Positions 29,663 to 32,602 of a stretch of DNA of 32,602 bases are shown piece by piece. Source of the stretch: an archaeon (lineage in GTDB: Archaea > Iainarchaeota > Iainarchaeia > Iainarchaeales > 0-14-0-20-34-12); the NCBI GenBank assembly GCA_038046645.1, contig JBBSVU010000007.1, forward strand, positions 1 through 32,602. Reading direction: 5' to 3'. The position numbers and the translations under genes are program-made. Position 1 is the stretch's first letter, and each line of letters opens with the position of its first letter. The notes beneath the pieces were generated by a model that was not told the origin of the DNA, did no database searches, and was given only the letters and a program-made list of their open reading frames with translations.

Positions 29663-31393
29663 TTACATTTTTTCAAGCACTCGTATGTTTAAAAGCTGCA
29701 AACCTGCCCTAATTGAGATAGAAACTGCTTCAGTCAGTGACAAACGTGCTTCTTTTAAACCAGAATCTGCATTCAACACCTGGCTTTCATGGTAGAAACT
29801 GTTGAAAGAATCTGCTATCTCTAAAAGGTGATTTGCTAATGTGTGGATTGATTTTGTTTCTGCCACGTGTTCAATCACTGCAGGCAAATCATAAATTAAT
29901 TTTATTAATTGCATCTCATTCTCTGAATTAAGCCTTGAAAAATCTGCATTTTTCAGGGAATATTTCTCCGCCTTTGCAAGAATGCTTTTGGCCCTTGCAT
30001 AAGTATATTGCAAATACGGGCCGGAATGCCCTTCGAATGAAATGCTCTGCTCAGGAATAAAAGTAAAGTCCTTTTCATGGTCTATTTTCAGCATCATGAA
30101 TTTTATTGCTGCTAGAGAAATAGCATGTGCCCTTTTCTCAAGTTCATTTGCTGAAAGATCTGAATATCTTTTCAACAATTCTTTTTTTGCCAATTCTTTG
30201 ACTTCATTAATTAAATCATCAGCATCTATAACCTTGCCTTCCCTGCTTTTCATTTTTCCTTCAGGCAGGAAAATCATGCCATAGCTCATGTGGTAGCAGG
30301 AATTAAACCAAGGATAACCTAAAAGCTTAAAGATTGTAAAAAGCTGCTTAAAATAAAGGTTCTGCTCAGAAGCAACAACCCAAATTGATTCATCCAGTTT
30401 GAAATTCTTAAATTTATGCAAGGTCATTGCCAAATCATTTGTAACATAAATGCTTGTTCCATCCTCTCTCAAGATTACTTTATCTGGCAGGCCTTCAGGT
30501 TCAAGCAATGCTAAAATTCTGCCTGTTTCTTCCTTTTTGAAAATGCCTTTTTCCAATCCTTCATCAATAATTGGTTTTGCTTTATCATAGAATTCAGATT
30601 CCATAAGAAAAACATCAAATTCCGAACCGAAATTTTTGTAGGTTTCCTTGAAGCCTTCCAAAACCCAGGAATTCATTTTCTTCCACAATGCTCGGGTTTC
30701 TTTGTCATTCTTTTCCCAAAGGTTTAACAGTTTTTTAGCTTCCTCTTCAAGCACCGGATCTTCCTTTGCATTTTGGTGGAATAAAACATAATATTTCCCG
30801 ACAAATTTGTCGCCTTTTAATTTTTCTGACTCAGGGCTATTTTTACTGCCATATTTTTTATAAGCAAGCATGCTCTGGCATATATGAATTCCTCTGTCAT
30901 TAACCATATTTGCCCTTACAACCTTGTTGCCTTCAAATTCCAAAATATTGCTGATAGCCATCCCAATGGAATCATTTCTCAGATGCCCGACATGCAAGGG
31001 CTTGTTTGTATTCGGCGCAGAATATTCAACCATGATTTTTTTTGGTTTGAAAGATTTTTTCTGGAAGAATTTTTCTTTTTTAGAAAGGATTGCAGGAATA
31101 ATCTCTGAGGCCAAAAGTGCTGAGTCAAAATAAAAATTCAAATAGCCATTTACTGGTTCAATCTTTCTAATGCCTTTCATTTTTTTTGCACTTAATTCTG
31201 CATTTAATTTTGCAGATAACTCCTGTGCAATCTGCACAGGGCTTTTTTTCAGCAATTTGGCAAGCCTGAAGCATGGCAATGATAAATCTCCATAAGATTT
31301 ATCTGCAGGCTGCTCAAGCATTTTGGAAATTTCTTCCTTATCTGAAGTAGTCAATACTGCAATTTCCCGGGCAATCTGCTCTTTCTGGGTCAT
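29663..31393 (-). CDS. argS: Arginine--tRNA ligase
   Basis: YGDLSLPCF, VEYSAPNTNKPLHVGHLRN, KMKSREG, GPYLQYTYARAKSIL, FNSFY, C-terminal EKM. Confidence 0.98.
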   Translation of the reverse strand: MTQKEQIAREIAVLTTSDKEEISKMLEQPADKSYGDLSLPCFRLAKLLKKSPVQIAQELSAKLNAELSAKKMKGIRKIEPVNGYLNFYFDSALLASEIIPAILSKKEKFFQKKSFKPKKIMVEYSAPNTNKPLHVGHLRNDSIGMAISNILEFEGNKVVRANMVNDRGIHICQSMLAYKKYGSKNSPESEKLKGDKFVGKYYVLFHQNAKEDPVLEEEAKKLLNLWEKNDKETRALWKKMNSWVLEGFKETYKNFGSEFDVFLMESEFYDKAKPIIDEGLEKGIFKKEETGRILALLEPEGLPDKVILREDGTSIYVTNDLAMTLHKFKNFKLDESIWVVASEQNLYFKQLFTIFKLLGYPWFNSCYHMSYGMIFLPEGKMKSREGKVIDADDLINEVKELAKKELLKRYSDLSANELEKRAHAISLAAIKFMMLKIDHEKDFTFIPEQSISFEGHSGPYLQYTYARAKSILAKAEKYSLKNADFSRLNSENEMQLIKLIYDLPAVIEHVAETKSIHTLANHLLEIADSFNSFYHESQVLNADSGLKEARLSLTEAVSISIRAGLQLLNIRVLEKM

Positions 31394-31451
31394 AACCTAA
31401 ATAATACATATAAAGAATATAAATTGGCCTGTTTTTGTCATGACATCTGGG

Positions 31452-31476
31452 AACCCACGCCTAAAGGCGTAGGCTT
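31452..31476. repeat. GC-rich imperfect hairpin resembling an IS200/IS605-type terminal palindrome
   Basis: AACCCACGCCT-AA-AGGCGTAGGCTT in an AT-rich intergenic region; TGTCATGACA palindrome adjacent at 31436-31445. Confidence 0.5.
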
Positions 31477-31491
31477 GCGGATAATGTGACT

Positions 31492-32602
31492 TCATTTTTT
31501 GTTTCGGGATTCTTTTCCCAGCAGCCATTTCCAGAGTGGAATGTATTTTATTTTTGCTTTTTCGCCAAACCATTCTGCCTCTTCTTCATTCCCATAATCA
31601 TTTGTTAGGACTATCAAGTTATCGCATTTGAGTTCTTGCTTAGCTTTTATCAAAGCCCTTATTTCCCTCTTTTTAGTGTCAGGATTTGAAATATCATAGC
31701 ATACCTGCATGAGTGCAGTTATTTTTGTGCCATGCTTTATTACAAAGTCAACCTCTTCATGCTGTGCATTTTTCCAGAAGAATACTTTATGCCGCTGCTC
31801 GATTTCACCCTTTTTGAGTTCAATTGCAACAAGGTTCTCAAACAGCCTCCCCCAATCAGGGCTGCTTTTGAATGCTTTGGCAAAAACGAATCCATTGTCA
31901 AAGCAATATATTTTCTTGTTTGAATGTACCTGTTCCTTAGGCTTGAAAGAAAAGCGCGGCACCTCGAAAAAAACAAATGCTTCTTCCAAATACAAGACAA
32001 AACGCTGGAGTGTAATGGTGCTTGTGCCAGAAATTGACTTTTTCAGCGAATTGTAGGAAAATTCCCTTGCAACATTTGAAAACAAAATGCGTGCGATTTC
32101 CTGCATAGCCTTAATTCGCCTAATTTTATAACGTGCCACAATATCCTTGTAGAAAATTGCATCAAACAGCCGCGATATGTAATCCGCATAATCCAGTTTT
32201 TTTACTGCCGGCTCAGGAAAGCCACCATAAGTGGCAAACTCCAAGAGTTTCTGCTTTGTCTCAGGTGTTGTCAGGCTCTTTTTTTCCAGTTCCAAAAACT
32301 CTGCAAAAGAAAACGGAAAGATATAAGCTAAGGTATGCCTACCTGTCAAATGTGTTGCCAGTTCAGCGCCTAACAAATTTGAGTTGCTTCCAGTCAGAAA
32401 TAAATTTCTGCCCTGCCTTTGCAACCTGTTGGCAAGCAATTCCCATTTAGGGAAATTCTGGATTTCATCCAAGAGCAAAAAATGTGGTGAACCGTATAAG
32501 CTATCAACTGCGGCCAGAATTTCATTAAAGTTGTCGATCTTGGCCAATTGCTCATCATCAAAATTAACATACCCAAATGAGCCTAGTTTCTGCAGTTCAT
32601 GG
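31492..32602 (-). CDS. AAA+ ATPase (AAA_14) with DUF4143, 5' end outside the window
   Basis: Frame stays open to the window edge (..FGYVNFDDEQLAK..); LLDEIQ, LTGSN, LTGRH, GGFPE, KKIYCFDNG, EVDF..MQV. Confidence 0.92.
   Translation of the reverse strand, partial: HELQKLGSFGYVNFDDEQLAKIDNFNEILAAVDSLYGSPHFLLLDEIQNFPKWELLANRLQRQGRNLFLTGSNSNLLGAELATHLTGRHTLAYIFPFSFAEFLELEKKSLTTPETKQKLLEFATYGGFPEPAVKKLDYADYISRLFDAIFYKDIVARYKIRRIKAMQEIARILFSNVAREFSYNSLKKSISGTSTITLQRFVLYLEEAFVFFEVPRFSFKPKEQVHSNKKIYCFDNGFVFAKAFKSSPDWGRLFENLVAIELKKGEIEQRHKVFFWKNAQHEEVDFVIKHGTKITALMQVCYDISNPDTKKREIRALIKAKQELKCDNLIVLTNDYGNEEEAEWFGEKAKIKYIPLWKWLLGKESRNKK

Noticed and set aside
31492..32547. Second ATPase as a pseudogene lacking Walker A
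   Set aside because: The frame is open to the window edge; the missing N-terminus is simply outside the window.

Overview
This is a low-GC, gene-dense archaeal chromosome segment. Archaeal-type TyrRS, a geranylgeranyl reductase, Thi4, TATA-like promoters and a large S-layer-like surface protein point to a DPANN lineage, plausibly Diapherotrites/Iainarchaeota (inferred from gene content only). Left to right it holds: (i) a GT4 glycosyltransferase, the reductase and a 990-aa membrane-anchored Ig/FN3 protein strongly enriched in D-x-N tripeptides; (ii) an ECF S-component plus DUF4430 pair (probable cobalamin capture), divergent from a five-gene sugar-modification/transfer cluster with a B12 radical SAM; (iii) tyrS, a bacterial FliA-like sigma factor, Cys-type thi4, purA, guaB and bacterial-type ribBA; (iv) very basic orphan ORFs (a kinase-like protein with His at the catalytic Asp, two cysteine-hydrolase-like paralogs, an Arg-rich small protein); (v) an AAA+/DUF4143 ATPase with tandem palindromic operators, bracketed by an imperfect direct repeat; (vi) a chimeric bacterial/archaeal LeuRS, a RelA/SpoT homolog with a degenerate synthetase domain, argS and a second, window-truncated AAA+/DUF4143 ATPase. 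I recognised no rRNA, tRNA, CRISPR array or transposase. The most intriguing signals are the sigma factor together with the basic-tailed orphans (candidate partner-directed effectors) and the D-x-N enrichment. All calls are from motif recognition by eye; no searches were run.
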